The notes under the pieces are model-generated. The model did no database searches and was not told where the DNA came from. It saw only the letters and a list, made by a program, of their open reading frames with translations. A stretch of DNA of 64,000 nucleotides from the NCBI GenBank assembly GCA_951406725.2, contig OX597827.1, positions 56,544,001-56,608,000 on the forward strand, given 5' to 3'. This DNA is from Octopus vulgaris. Its lineage: Eukaryota. Each line of letters opens with the position of its first letter. The first letter of the stretch is position 1. A program made the position numbers and the translations under genes. Positions 1 to 13,270 of this stretch are shown here, piece after piece.

Positions 1-451
1 TTGAGAGACAGACAATCAAAAAGTATATTTGCAATATTTCTTCTCAAACTAATGCCTCAGAAACTGGTGTAAATTTCAAGTTTGTTTTTCAATTTTATTC
101 AGTTACAGATTCTGTCACTCTTGCAACAGGGTAGATGAATATTAAAACAGTCTTTACTCGATATGAAGCGAGGTGTATATACATTCCAGCCTCAGTACTA
201 AGTATTTGTATCTAGCTAACCGTACATGTTACAATATGTTTCTTACATCTTGTCGACTCTATGTGAAGATTTTTGTAATTCATGACCAACTTCAGTATGT
301 CTTGTGCAGCGTAAATAAAATCTAATTTAATGTTGGAACGGTGTTTTTGTTTCAATTACACGCAACCTCACAAGCATAACCAACCAACAACACGCAGAGT
401 TACATGTTTATACACATTAAGTATACTACAAAGATAGTTATAAAAACTTAC

Positions 452-664
452 TTAGCGGTGGACTGTCTGACACAAGAGTAATTTTGTTGTGGCAGTTGGA
501 ACGACACAGTTTATCTTCCACACATTTCTGTGAAATTTCATCAAATCTGTAACGATCTTCGCAACAAGTACGTTGACTTTCCCGTGTCCCGTTTTTACAT
601 TTATAGTAGGCAGCACAGGAAAAAACCTCACGATAAGCAATCCTTCCAGGTTGTTTGCAAGGAT
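452..664 (-). CDS. Gene A coding exon 3: Cys-rich chitin-binding-like domain with CC motif (Pif/LamG3-like)
   Basis: Acceptor tttatttcAG and donor GTAAGT; 213 bp, phase 1-1. Reads (D)PCKQPGRIAYREVFSCAAYYKCKNGTRESQRTCCEDRYRFDEISQKCVEDKLCRSNCHNKITLVSDSPPL, a different frame from the ORF track. Phase matches exon 2. Confidence 0.88.
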   Translation of the reverse strand: MLANNLEGLLIVRFFPVLPTINVKTGHGKVNVLVAKIVTDLMKFHRNVWKINCVVPTATTKLLLCQTVHR

Positions 665-1056
665 CTGAAATAAATTATCGAAATTCATTAGGTTTCAAGA
701 AAAGAAATGTCTGAATTCAGGTCGATGAACTATTTTCTGTTATTTAATTTCATTTGAGTTTGTTTATTAGATTATGGAATTTCAGCATGAATTTGAATTC
801 AAATTTGATGTTTCGTTATAAGAGCATCCCAATTTTAATTTCTGAGAACACATCACAATTTTCAATTTGAAAGTTTAAAAAAAAAATATGAGATTGAAAG
901 TAACGAAGGAGAAAGTGAAAGCTAAAAATGAAAAAGAACCAAAATAAGTTTTCATGGTTTTAACACGTGAAACTATGCACCTTCATGCTAGAGTAAAAAA
1001 AAAAAATTAACATATAGGTGTTCTGAAGAGAGGAATTTAGAAAATGCATATATATA

Positions 1057-1182
1057 CGCAGGTGTGGCTGTGGTGTGGTAAGTAGCTGCGTGGTACCTTA
1101 GGCAAGTGGCTTCTAATATAGCCTCGGGCTGGCCAAAGCCTTGTGAGTGGATTAGGTAGACGGAAACTGAAAGAAGCCCGTC

Positions 1183-1239
<57 letters not shown>

Positions 1240-1242
1240 CAT

Positions 1243-1303
<61 letters not shown>

Positions 1304-1540
1304 ATGTATATATGTATATATCTGTGTGTGTATGTATGTTTGTGTGTCTGTGTTTGTCATCCCAACATCGCTTGACAACCGATGCTGGTGTGTTTATGTG
1401 CCTATAACTTAGCGGGTCGGCAGAAATACCGATAGAATAAGTACTAGGCTTACAAGGAATAAGTCCTAGTGTCGATTTGCTCGACTAAAAGTGGCGCTCC
1501 TGCATGGCCACAGTCGAATGACTGAAACAAATAAAAGAAT
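1057..1540 (+). mobile_element. tRNA-derived SINE family 1, with head deletion and expanded (TA)/(CA) microsatellite
   Basis: Matches the family-1 copies at 31580-32012 and 49401-49805; tail gctcc(a/t)gcatggccacagtc..atgactgaaaca. Confidence 0.9.
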
Positions 1541-1939
1541 AAAAAAATATATTATACAAACTCAAGGTTTGTCTGTTTTCCTGTCATTTGATTAAGATGA
1601 TAAAGATTTAAAATAAAATCTCCCTTTAAGAAAAAAACAAAACAAAAACAAGTTGAAAATATCGACACTTCAAAGAGGCGTCATCTGTACGTCCTTTCTT
1701 CCTAACTTTCTTTTTTCTTCCCTTAATCATTTATACAACTTTCGGAGTGGTGTGGACTTGAAAGACAGAAATTCTCCCTATATTTTTTATGAGATATTTT
1801 TGAATCACGGGTACTTGATTTTTTTCTTAAAGGGAAAAATTACTATTTTATTTAAAATGAAATAATCTTTAATCATCTTAATCAAAAGGCAGAAAAAGAA
1901 ACTGAGAGACTATCTTTTTGTAGACGAAGATCAGTAGCA

Positions 1940-2240
1940 ATGGGAGGAGTTGAATCACATAAGAATGGAAAAGCAAACAACAACGAATGTGTTGTACCCT
2001 ATAACGAAGCTCTTTTAAGAGCATTCAAATACCACTGCAACGTAGAAATCGTTGCCTCAATGAGGTCAATCATGAACGTCATCAAGTACACGCTGAAAGG
2101 AAATGACCGAGCTGCTGTTCAAATAAACAATGATAAATGATAATGGAATTAGTCAATATCTAATGAGTAGGTTTATTGGACTATCCGAAACAGTTGCAGC
2201 GATTTTGGGATTTCCAATTCATGGAAGAGCACCTGCAATA

Positions 2241-2243
<3 letters not shown>
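1940..2243 (+). pseudogene. Helitron Rep/helicase coding fragment (frameshifted)
   Basis: VVPYNEALLRAFKYHCNVEIVASMRSIMNVIKYTLKGNDRA and ISQYLMSRFIGLSETVAAILGFPIHGRAP match the conserved Helitron Rep region (VVPYN..HINVE..KY..KG.D; EI..Y...RY.S..EA..RI..F.IH). Confidence 0.9.
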
Positions 2244-2300
<57 letters not shown>

Positions 2301-2755
2301 AAACTCGAATAAAATTGTGATGTGTTTCTGTATGTGTGCACACATAATAATCATAATTTTATAATCATAATCATAATTTACACCATGTAAAAGCTATGCG
2401 TAGAAAAAATGTTTTAAAAATCAATTTATCTCAAATTTATGAGGAAACAAAGTCAGCAGAAGTATAGTTGCTTTTCATCCTTTCGAGGCCGATCTATGCC
2501 AACAGACAATGGGCTAACAAGGTATGATACCGCTCAAATCACTTTCTAACCACATGGCTCCAACAAGTGAAATGATAACACTATATCTTTGTAACGCTCT
2601 TATATTATTGCCTCCACCAAGTTTGGGACGGATATAAGTGCAGTGTAAGCCAAACTCATGGCATATGTCAGCAGTGTCATTACTGCAGACATCTCTGTTC
2701 AATAATATAAACTAGATATAGTGCAATAGTTCGATTAAGTGTGAGAAATTATTAA

Positions 2756-2831
<76 letters not shown>

Positions 2832-2833
<2 letters not shown>

Positions 2834-3398
2834 AATGGAACAAAAACGCAATAGAGGACAATAAAACATCTGGGCAGATAGACGATACAAGGCAGACAGG
2901 AAAACCAACAATTAGAGGGACAGGTCATTCGTGGCGCTTTTTCGTCAGTCAAATCACTAGAAGTCCTTATAGTTTTGGGAAGTTACATTGAGTCTGTTCG
3001 ATCTGCATGCCCCACCACCGAAAGTCCATCTTCTATGTTCCTGATTTAAGGCTTTCACTCTATACACCCCAGCTCAATCTGATTCGTCCTCAGTCGAAAG
3101 ACACCTTGTTGTTTGTATTTGTTATTATGTAACATGTTCTCCGTTTTTGTCTTTGTTGTCATAAACATTCGCTTGCTTTCTTACAAAAAATCTAATGCTT
3201 TTACACGTTTTGGTGGGCAACCAGATCGAACAGTCTCAAGTGTAAATGCCCGAAACTGTAACGACATCTGGTAACTTGACTGACGAAAGAACGTCACGAA
3301 TGACCCGTCCTTTCCTGTTTGTTGTTTTTCCTGTCCGCCTTGCATCATCTATCTGTCCGGATGTTTTATTGTCCTCTATTGCGTTTTTGTTCCATTTC
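2832..3398. mobile_element. Non-autonomous element with ~120-bp terminal inverted repeats, embedded in (TA)n
   Basis: 2832-2952 (aaatggaacaaaaacgcaatagaggacaataaaacatc...cgtcagtcaa) is the imperfect reverse complement of 3277-3398; TA runs on both sides. Confidence 0.75.
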
Positions 3399-3442
3399 TA
3401 TATTTATATATATAAATATAAAGGCGTACGTACACCTTTGCT

Positions 3443-3840
3443 CAGAATCGTTGGCATGTCGGCCGGAATGCTTAGCGGTATTTCGTCTGCCGTCACGTTC
3501 TGAGTTCAAATTCCGCCGAGGTCGACTTTGCCTTTCATCCTTTCTGGGTCGATTAAATAAGTACCAGTTACGCACTGGGGTCGATATAATCGACTTAATC
3601 CGTTTGTCTGTCCGTGTTTGTCCTCTCTGTGTTTAGCCCCTTGTGGGTAGAACAGAAATAGGTATTTCGGCTGCCGTTACATTCTGAGTTCAAATTCTGC
3701 CGAGGTCGACTTTGCCTTTCATCCTTTCGGGGTCGATTAGATAAGTACCAGTTAGGCACTGGAATCGTTGTAATTGACTTAATCGCTTTGTCTGTCCTTG
3801 TTTGTCTCCTCTATGTTTAGCCTCCTGTGGGCAATAAATA
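3443..3840 (+). mobile_element. SINE family 2 head-to-tail dimer
   Basis: Two units of ggtatttcgtctgcc..gagttcaaattccgccgaggtcgactttgcctttcatcctttcggggtcga..tttagccccttgtggg. Confidence 0.88.
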
Positions 3841-4157
3841 AATAAATAAATAAATGTATATTTGCCATTTAAATATGGCTAACCCCTAAGGGTGGATGCT
3901 ACTGTAGTTTGTAGCCCCAGGAGGACACCTCCTCCAGCTGGCTATAGACACCCTTTCTGTGTCCTATCAGTATTTGCAAAGGGAAGCCATCCTTCCCGTC
4001 TTCAACTGATGATACACACGGACTCGAGTTTCTGGGTATTGATCCGTCATCGGCGTGTGACAATCACAGTTGTCGATGAGAAGTAGGTTCCCTTCACAAA
4101 TACTTAAACCTTTTTCCAGTATTAATAGACACTGATATCGAAAAAGTGTAAACAAGC

Positions 4158-4241
4158 AATAATAAATCTCAGAGCGAGTTATAAACAGTAGTTACAACAC
4201 ATCGTGACGTACATTTATAACTCGCTCTGAGATGTATTATT
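4158..4241. repeat. 84-bp hairpin / minimal MITE (28-bp arms)
   Basis: aataataaatctcagagcgagttataaa (4158-4185) versus tttataactcgctctgagatgtattatt (4214-4241), 1 mismatch. Confidence 0.8.
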
Positions 4242-4250
4242 AAATATATA

Positions 4251-5269
4251 TCTATATATATAAAACTGTAGTTGTGTGAGTCTCTGTCCCCTTCGATTTA
4301 GATTCCTAACTCCTCCCACATTTTGCGGTGCAGTTTAACCAAATTCGGGTATCTTATAGTCGTGATTCATATCGAGCCCGTCTGACTATTAGCGCGCGTC
4401 AACGATGAGTCTACGATTTTAAAAATAATTTAACATCATTTTTTATTCCATTTTAATGCATAAAATGCATCGTATGTCGATGGCGGCGGAGTTGGCGTCC
4501 ACGCTCACAGCTGCACCTGTTTGCTTCTCCCCCTTCCCTCCCTCGTGAAGCTGTGGGGAAGGGAGTGTAAAGAAATCAACGTCGTAATGCGTTGTGAAGG
4601 AAACCAGCGTTCTTTTAGAACAACGACTTCATGGCTTGAAGACACCAAAACAAAAATGGCTAAGAAAGCCCGAATTTATAAGGGAAAGTAACTCTCTAAA
4701 AATGCTTATATAGTTATTTCCCTTACAAACCCGAGCAACGCCGGGCGATGCTGCTAGTATATATATAAAACTGTAGTTGTGTGAGTGTCTGTCTCTCTTC
4801 GATTTAGATTCCTAACTACTCCCACATTTTGCGGTGCAGTTTAACCAAATTCGGGTATCTTATAGTCGTGATTCATATCGAGCCCGTCTGACTATTAGCG
4901 CGCGTCTACGATGAGTCTACGATTTTAAAAATAATTTAACATCATTTTTTATTCCATTTTAATGCATAATTTTTCGTGTGTCGATGGCGGCGGAGTTGGC
5001 GTCCATGGTCACACCTGCACCTGTTTGCTTCTCCCCCTTCTTCCCTCCCTCGTGAAGCTGTGGGGAAGGGAGTGTAAGGAAATCAACGTCGTAAAGCGTT
5101 GTCAAGGAGACCAGCGTTCTTTTAGAACAACGACTTCATGGCTTGAAGACGCCAAAACAGAAATGGCTAAGAAAGCCCGAATTGGCATCTATAAGGGAAG
5201 TAACTCTCTAAAAATGCTTATATAGTTATTTCCCTTACAAACCCGAGCAACGCCGGGCGATACTGCTAG
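4251..5269 (+). mobile_element. Non-autonomous Helitron, tandem head-to-tail dimer (4251-4757, 4758-5269)
   Basis: 5' TC after A; each ~510-bp unit ends with hairpin cccgagcaacgccggg then CTAG|T; no TSD; the units are highly similar. Confidence 0.88.
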
Positions 5270-5299
5270 TATATATATATATATATATATAGATGAGTA

Positions 5300-5505
5300 T
5301 CTGTGAGTAATTCTGTGTTTGTCCCCCACCACCGCTTGAAAACTGGTGTTGGTGTGTTTACGTCCCCGTAACATAGCGGTTTGGCAAACGACCGATAGAA
5401 TAACTAGGCTTTTAAATAAATAAGTTCTGGGGGTCGATTTGTTTGACTAAAACCCTTTAAGTTGGTGCCCCATCATGGCAGCAGTGAAATGACTGAAACA
5501 AGTAA
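5300..5505 (+). mobile_element. SINE family 1, 3' half
   Basis: tgtgtttgtccccc..ggtgtgtttacgtccccgtaac..atgactgaaacaagtaaaa. Confidence 0.8.
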
Positions 5506-6734
5506 AAAAAAAAGAAGCAAATATTACTGCACCACACACACCTTCATTTACTCATGCATATATACTTTTTTTTCTGACAACTACTTTCCCCAAACGGATT
5601 TAAAAAAAGAAAGAGAAACGTGGTGTAACTAACGCAAAAGAAACAATGGAGTCGAGGGAAGATTAAGATCTTTCCAATGACATATAGTTAGCATTATCAA
5701 TGAACTAAAATGTCCTAATCTAGATTGTGAGATTAAGCGAGCTAGAGATATCTACTGTCACAACATCTAGATCTACTATGGTCGAAAGAGTTTCTAAGCG
5801 GTTGCTTGAACTGTTTGAAATAACAGCCAAACCTCCTTTAGACCGAATCCAGGTAAAAAAAAAAAAAGTCATAGGGAAAAAAGTCACGGAAAAAAAGTGA
5901 CAGGGATTTTCTCTAGATCCCATAAATTAATTTTGACATTTTTCCTAGTCCAAATTGTGACTTTATTACCGGTTACCTTAGAGACCACACCCTACCGTCT
6001 TATATAAGATATATTTGATTATGTAACACTAAATACATTATATCTGACATGATAATCACGTTTTGTATGTCTGTGATTATAAGCTTGCTCGGTCAGAACT
6101 GACTTGGGACTAAACAACATTAATAACAAAACAATAAGAGAACTAAAGCAGAGTTATTATCAAACAAATCTATTGTTGCATCATACAGGACATAACTGCT
6201 TATGCAGACACACATACTTTAATTCCACCGAACTAATGACTTCTATGAAGATCCAGCGACATCATACGTTAATAAAATAGAGAATCAGTAAGACATTGGA
6301 GTCGATTTGATGAGGGAATTATGATAGAACACTTTCCGTATTGAGAAACGTGTTGCATGTACTACTTTCATTTCAAGATATTTTCTAATTTATCAATAAT
6401 GGACGTCAAGGTTTTTGCACGCTGTTATAAAACTGATTCGTTCTTACTGTTACGCAACTCCAGATCTGTCGTCGTTGGGAAAATCTATATATAGCATGTA
6501 GAATGCCGTTTTTAAGGCATAGACACACTGGGCAGTTGCTACGGGGCCAACATTTAATCTATATATTCCACGGCTTGCTGTCAATAAATAAATGCTATAG
6601 GGCCCAGTGCACTGAAGTGCAAAAAACGGCACTGCATGTAGGTAGCCGGCCGAATGACGAGGCGATCCACAGATTCATAACTCCATGATTTCATCGTTAC
6701 TTGCCCACATCACTCTCTGGTGAGCACATCATTT

Positions 6735-7268
6735 GGATCTTTTCCTTTTGAACGGCACACAATTTCTAGTTAACTAAACACTTTAAAAATTCGTATACTG
6801 GTAGAATGTGTCAAAATAAAACATTTTTTTCTCTTGGCTTTCTTGATAAAATTGTAATTCGTTTGTTTAACGTAGTTTAATTTTTCGAATTTTAACCAAT
6901 GTATCGCCTCTAATTGAGCTAAAATCATTTGCTGCGTCTAAAACTGAGACAACATCCTGTCACTAACCCTACACCTCACCCTAACCCTAAATTTTTTTCT
7001 TAATTGTTAAATTAATTTAATTGTTACGCTTTCGTTGTCTCAGTTTTAGACGCAGCAAATGATTTTAGCTCAATGGAGGTAATTGATTGGTTAAAATTGC
7101 CGAAATGCTCGAAATTTCACACGAAATATCTTACAAACTATAGAATTTTCTCAATAAAACCAAGAGAAAATGATGTTTTATAAACACATTCTACCAGTAT
7201 ACGAAGTTTAAAACTTTTTAGTTACCTAGAAATTATGTTACAAAGTGCCGTTCAAAAGGAAAAGATCC
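6735..7268. mobile_element. Long-TIR MITE with GG termini and 8-bp TSD (Merlin/MULE-like), central CCCTAA-like tract
   Basis: ggatcttttccttttgaacggcac...gtgccgttcaaaaggaaaagatcc; arms over 200 bp; TSD catcattt at 6727-6734 and 7269-7276. Confidence 0.9.
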
Positions 7269-9158
7269 CATCATTTGTGTACAAGACATTTTAACCCAGC
7301 TCTATCTTTTTCTCTGTCTGTTTCTCTCCTCATTTCTATATGCTTTTATGCATCTTCAATTCTGGGTCTTTACATCACGTATATTTTCCTCTTTGCCTAC
7401 TTTACCCTATCACAATCTACCATTACATTTTAAACCCTCTTTGATTTGATCCTTACAATTCTCTTTTGCGCATATCGTATTTAATCTTAATCTCTATTTA
7501 ACCATAATATTTCCTTCCATATTCTAACACTATTTCTCACGGTACTCCTACTAATTTTTAAATTTTCCTCAGGAATTTCGATTTTGTATTTTCTTTCAAT
7601 TTTCTTTTCTGTTTCTTCTCATTTCCTTGGATTCTTTACTTCTATACTGTTTTCTTTACTAAAAATAAAAAAAACAACTTATTTTCAATTTGTCAGACTT
7701 CTCAGTTCATTAATTCAGTTGTCATGTTTCCTCTTCCATTTATTCAATTAATGTTCCTCGCAATTCTTTTTATTTCTCCCGAGTTAATTAACTCCTACAT
7801 TCACGCAAATATTTTCTAAATAGTTGTGTAGGAGTAAGTCCTTGTTCCTGTCTGACTGAACAATAGTGTTCATTTTAATTGTTCATACGCAACATTATTT
7901 GATATTGTGTTTTGTTTAATAACTCTCTAATTTTTCGTGACGTCTGCTTATATTTCTGAATTTGCCAATGTTGATAGCTTTATTGTTGTTTCAACAAATA
8001 ATGCTCTTACTTTCATAACTGCATCTATTACCAATTGATAACTTTCTTTTTCTCTCCCGGATATGTCAATCATTGACTGAGAGCCACACTTTACATTCTT
8101 AACACGCAACGTTTGTCGTTGTTTAGCAACGGATCGGTCTCAATCGACCACATGCAGTGCTGTAACGTGGGTATGTTAAATTTTCAAGAAGCCTTTATGT
8201 AGTCGCTCCATTTCCTAGAAATAGCAGTCAAATCTCTCTGAACTTTACTCAGTCAATTTAGAAATGAATATAGCATATAACTCAGTTCTCATTTCCCTTA
8301 CATAAATTGAAACAAATAATAAGCGTGTCTCGGATTTTCGTCCAAAACAAACATTTTAGAGCAAATTCTTGACAATCCAGTTCGTTCTAGTGTAAACGTT
8401 TTGAACATCTACAAAAAAAATTTCAGTACAACAATAAGCTCTCCATCCGAGACTATTCTATCTTTATTTTTAAGGAATCAGGCACTTTTTTGAAATTAAC
8501 AAAAGTGTTACAATCGTTACCAATCCTAACTCTAAATCCCACCTTAACCCTAAACCCAAACCTAACCAAACCCCAAACCTTAATCACTAACATATATAAT
8601 AAATTGTATATAATTTTATTGAACATTATTGATGTAGTTAAACGCATGCAGAAAACCAAAATGACTCAAACCAACCAAGTATTTGGATTGAAAATGTCTT
8701 TCGGACCGTAAACTCCAGGATTCTTAACAATATTTTGCATTTTGAATGAAAAAGGCACAGTAAATATTCCTCACTGGCCAAGTGTTTTTAACTCTGGTAA
8801 AAATAATTAACTTGCAAAGGCTATGACCACGCAACTGTAAATAAATACTATACTGCATGTAGGTAGGAAGTGCGGGGCCCAATTAGAGAATTGTCAGAGG
8901 GGCCCCTCTTACTCTACAAAAACTGAAGATTGATGCTTCATGCTTCGTGTAGTATGGCAGTCCCAGCCAAAAAGGCGCTGATGGTTTGAGGTTCCACCAT
9001 TAGCTACAATGATATGAAAATTCACCATAGTGTCCTTTGCTCGAGTGTATGCGCGGCGCACAATTTGAACAAATCTGTCCAACTGGCTTAAAACCGGCCT
9101 TGCTGTGAATAGATAGCAAAAGAAGATTCACTTCAACAATTCAAAGAGGAAATGTACT

Positions 9159-10221
9159 GGATCTTTTCTGTTTGATGGACGGAATTTTCTAGTTAACTAA
9201 AAAATTTGAAACTTCGTATACTGGCAGAATGTGTCAAAAGAAAACATTATTGTAAACAAAATTGAAAACAAAATTGTAATTTGTAACTTAAACGTAGTTT
9301 AATTTTACGAATTTTAACCAAGTAACTGATGAATGTTTTCGTTAGCTAAACGTACTGAGAATGCTTTTATAAACATGGAGAAAGCAAGCAAAAAAAAAAA
9401 AACAAAACAAAACAAAAAACAACAACAAACAAACAAAAAAAACGCATTCCATTCAATCCTACCCAGTGGGAGCAATGAGCAAGGAGAGCAACCTCTCCCA
9501 CCGAGCAGTTTTCGAAGTTGGTGCCTTTTATAAAATGTATAATCAATTTACTTAAAAATTGTTTGGCATGTGTCTCGACGCCCCTCATTTTTTTTATACG
9601 TAGTCTGATCAATAAGTATCCGGACTGTTGCTAAACTCTCTTTTACTTGTTTCAGTCATTTGACTGTGGCCATGCTAGAGCACCACCTTTGGTCGAGCAA
9701 ATCGACCCCAGGACTTATTCTTTGTAAGCCTAGTACTTATTCTATCGGTCTCTTTTGCCGAATCGCTAAGTTACGGGGACGTAAACACACCAGCATCAGT
9801 TGTCAAGCGATGTTGGGGGAGGGGACAAACACAGACGCACAAACATATACACACATACATATATATAGGACGGGCTTCTTTCAGTTTCCGTCTACCAAAT
9901 CCACTCACAAGGCTTTGGTTGGCCCGATGCTATAGTATAAGACACTTGCCCAAGGTGCCACACAGTGGGACTGAACCCGGAACCATGTAATAAACCCAAT
10001 CTATCACGGAATCTTGTTTACCTAAATGGACTCCAGCGATTGGTTAAAATTGCCGAAATGCTCGAAATTTCAGACGAAATATCTTACAAACTATAGAATT
10101 TTCTCAATAAAGCCAAGAAAAAATAATGTTTTATAAACACATTCTACCAGTATACGAAGTTTAAAAGTGTTTAGTTAACTAGAAATTATGTTACAAAATG
10201 CCGTTCAAAAGGAAAAGATGC
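9159..10221. mobile_element. Same long-TIR MITE family, interrupted by nested insertions including a SINE family 1 copy at ~9635-9988 (minus)
   Basis: Left end ggatcttttctgtttga..; right end ccgttcaaaaggaaaagatgc matches 7247-7268. Confidence 0.78.
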
Positions 10222-12055
10222 CTTTAAGTTCAATAACAAGAGACTATAAAATTTCGTTCGGCAGAGTTTTTTTTACTGTTTACTACTCAAAAACATTTTT
10301 TAAAGTTGGTTGTGGCTCATTTCTTGTAAGCTTTTAATAAAAAATAAATTTATTGCTCATTTCTTACTTCTCATCCACAACTAACATATGCAATAGCTAC
10401 TTACATTGGTAAACTCACACAGCACTATTTAGCGATCCAATCAAACACCTCTGAAGATTAGTAACTAACCAGAATCTCTCCTGTAATACAATCTGATTTT
10501 AACTCCTGAAAGAAATATTGTAATAGGATTTCCTAATACAAAATATCATTTTAGATGTGCTTTTGTGAACATGTTTTATATTTTTCGCATATCATGTGAC
10601 AAGAAATAAGATGCGTAAAACAAGAGGAAAAGCTTTTGTTTGCACGGAAATAAAATTCATGCTGTAAGCAAAATATGTTATCACAAAACATTGCGAACGA
10701 TGTTTTATTGTTTCCACGGAAGTTAAATCATTTTTGAATGGAGAAATCCGTCTTCTTTGAGGTAAGACTTAATTAAATGTAAGATCTGTTGCTTCATGGT
10801 AGTATTGAACAAAATATGCAATCAAACTACCGATCACTGGACAACAACGATTTTGTTACTGAGGTAAAAGCATGCGTTTTAGACTAAATCGAGGATGCTG
10901 ATTCCGAATCTGCACTCAGAATTGTTCCACCACGTCAGGATTTTGAGTTATGCGCATGCACAAAATTATAACTATGGCGATCATTCGGTACTAGTAACAT
11001 AACTGCCAATTATAAACCCGCGTGGGTTTATTTACATCTCTGAAGAAAAAAATAAACCTTTCCCCCCACCCCTAAACCAAACCCTAACCCTAGCCCAAAC
11101 CCTAACCCTAACCCTAACCCTAACCCCACATATATAAAAAGAAAATATTTTACGGAAAGTGACGATCTTCTTCAAATGTAAACAAATAGACGTGATGTAA
11201 ACGATACTCATATCGAAAGAATGCCCAGCAATAAAACAAATGATGAGCAAGTTCATTATTTAGTTTATCGATAGATGGCGTTGACGTATTGTGTGCAGGC
11301 GCCAAATACGTCAGTTTGTTCTTTGTAACTATCAGTGTCGTTTGCGCTGCCGTCACGTGTGGTGTGTGTATCTCCCGCTCTGCGTGATTACTGTTTTAAC
11401 TGTGTCCATTGTGTTAGATCACTAGGTCAAAAGTACTGAATGGATCTTTATGAAATTTGGAAATTATATTCTATGCATAAGGACAGATGTAATGCAGTAT
11501 ATGTTTGAAAGTGAGGGGGCATAAATGTGGCCATAATCCCCATGAAAATTCATATATTTTTGCTGTTGATGAAATTTTAACCATAGATATTAGACACAAA
11601 TGAAGTAATATTCCTAAAATTTCAACTTCTTAGGAGTTAAAGACCCCTTAACCCACACAATTTAGTCATTTTTCTTAAGCCAAGACGAATACTATTGTAG
11701 TCTTGGAAGCTGTAGAGTCACCTGAGCATACAAGTTGAGCATTATTTATAATTCAATAGTACAACAATGTAAGAGTTTGCTTTGAGATATACTTAGATTG
11801 TGATTTCTACAATGTGGTGCATAAATTGTCAAGTAAAGCAGAGGCATCTTTGCTTCCATTGATTGAGTTGCAAAGTGTTATTTTGAGTAAAGTTATTTGG
11901 TTGCAGACCTCCTTTGAGTCTTTTTATTATCACTGAGTCAGAGATAGTCCCCAGATGGTAACATTGATTTCAAGACCTTTCCAGATAGTGATTGGTCATT
12001 CAAAGAGATTTATAGATTGCAAATTTATTCTGTTCAGTTACCTATCGGTATAGTG

Positions 12056-12442
12056 GATGGAAGCACTCCGTCGGTTACGACGACGAGGGTTCCGGTTGAT
12101 CCGCATCAACGGAACAGCCTGCTCGTGAAATTAACGTGTAAGTGGCTGAGCACTCCACAGACACGTGTACCCTTAACGTAGTTCTCGGGGATATTCAGCG
12201 TGACACAGAGAGTGATAAGGCCGGCCCTTTGAAATACAGGTACAACAGAAACAGGAAGTAAGAGTGAGAGAAAGTTGTGGTGAAAGAGTACAGCAGGGAT
12301 CACCACCATCCCCTGCCGGAGCCTCGTGGAGCTTTAGGTGTTTTCGCTCAATAAACACTCACAACGCCCGGTCTGGGAATCGAAACCGCAATCCTATGTC
12401 CGCGAGTCCGCTGCCCTAACCACTGGGCCATTGCGCCTCCAC
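12056..12442 (-). mobile_element. tRNA-derived SINE family 3, full length
   Basis: Minus-strand head gtggaggcgcaatggcccagtggttaggg..ggtttcgattccc (A/B boxes); 11-bp TSD tcggtatagtg at 12045-12055 and 12443-12453. Confidence 0.92.
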
Positions 12443-13270
12443 TCGGTATAGTGATCACTGGCAAACTCCAGAGGTGGTACTTTCATTTCTTTTTAGTCCT
12501 CATGTCACACAGTTGTTAATGTTTATTTGAGTTGGGTCACGCCCTTCCAATTGCTATAGATCCGTAATGCATCTTACAGCTGTGTCTGTCACCTGTATGG
12601 TGAGGAATCCTACATTGAGGAGTGGTAACGACTAGGGTGGGGTAGCTGACCTTGTATTGTGATCATTTTTCTTTTAGTTTCCTGTAGCTTTGCTCTCTTT
12701 TACAAACCCAGTGAATATTAGTATATTTCCAATTTCAAAGAAATTTGAATAAGACCCAAGTTAAAAAAGACTCCCAACAATTCAACTTCTCTGGTTGACT
12801 TTAAGACCCTCCCCCCAATAGGGGCCTTAATTCCCACATTTTAGTGCTTCATGTGCTCCATTTTTCAGGAGCAAAAACTTTTGAATAGGTTTTATAAAAT
12901 TTGGATTTTGGAATCTAGGCATAAAGATGAGTAGTATGGGATAAATATGTCATGATTAGAATTTTTGTTACGGTGGGTAAAGAGGGAAAGAACCCTCATT
13001 AAAATTCTTAATTCTCCAATTTTGATGAAATTTGAATCATAGGTATTCCACTTCATTAGAGAAAATATAAAAGTAAAGTCTAATTCTTCAATTCCATGTG
13101 ACAAGGGCAAAGCTGGGTATCTCTGCTAGTATATATATATATATATTTCTGAAGGAGAGCTTTGCTCGAAACGTTAAATCCTCTTTCTTTCCTTTCCTGA
13201 GCATCTGAAAATAAAGTACTTGTACCACGTCCTCACATTGTTGTTTTTTCTTGTTCTTCTTTGTTTGGAT

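Noticed and set aside
452-688. 78-aa ORF as listed in the ORF track
   Set aside because: Wrong frame; the real exon uses another minus-strand frame bounded by splice sites.
988-1412. ORFs rich in YI/HT/CV repeats (also at 2752-2991, 18716-18910, 19334-19612, 53022-53549, 57328-57550)
   Set aside because: Translations of (TA)n, (CA)n, (GTAT)n, (CTAT)n and (AAT)n microsatellites, not genes.
2514-2702. Cys-containing ORF as an extra gene A exon
   Set aside because: No convincing splice sites or domain pattern; exons 2 and 3 already join in phase into the expected domain tandem.
3277-3310. ctgacga...cgaa as a hammerhead core
   Set aside because: No stem II pairing, and GAAA is replaced by GAAT in both arms.
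11068-11126. True telomere or chromosome-fusion site
   Set aside because: Short degenerate tract within repeat-like sequence; similar tracts recur inside MITEs.
12370-12442. tRNA gene (similarly the heads at 32926 and 49401)
   Set aside because: tRNA-like A/B boxes continue into SINE bodies with TSDs; no clean cloverleaf or terminator.
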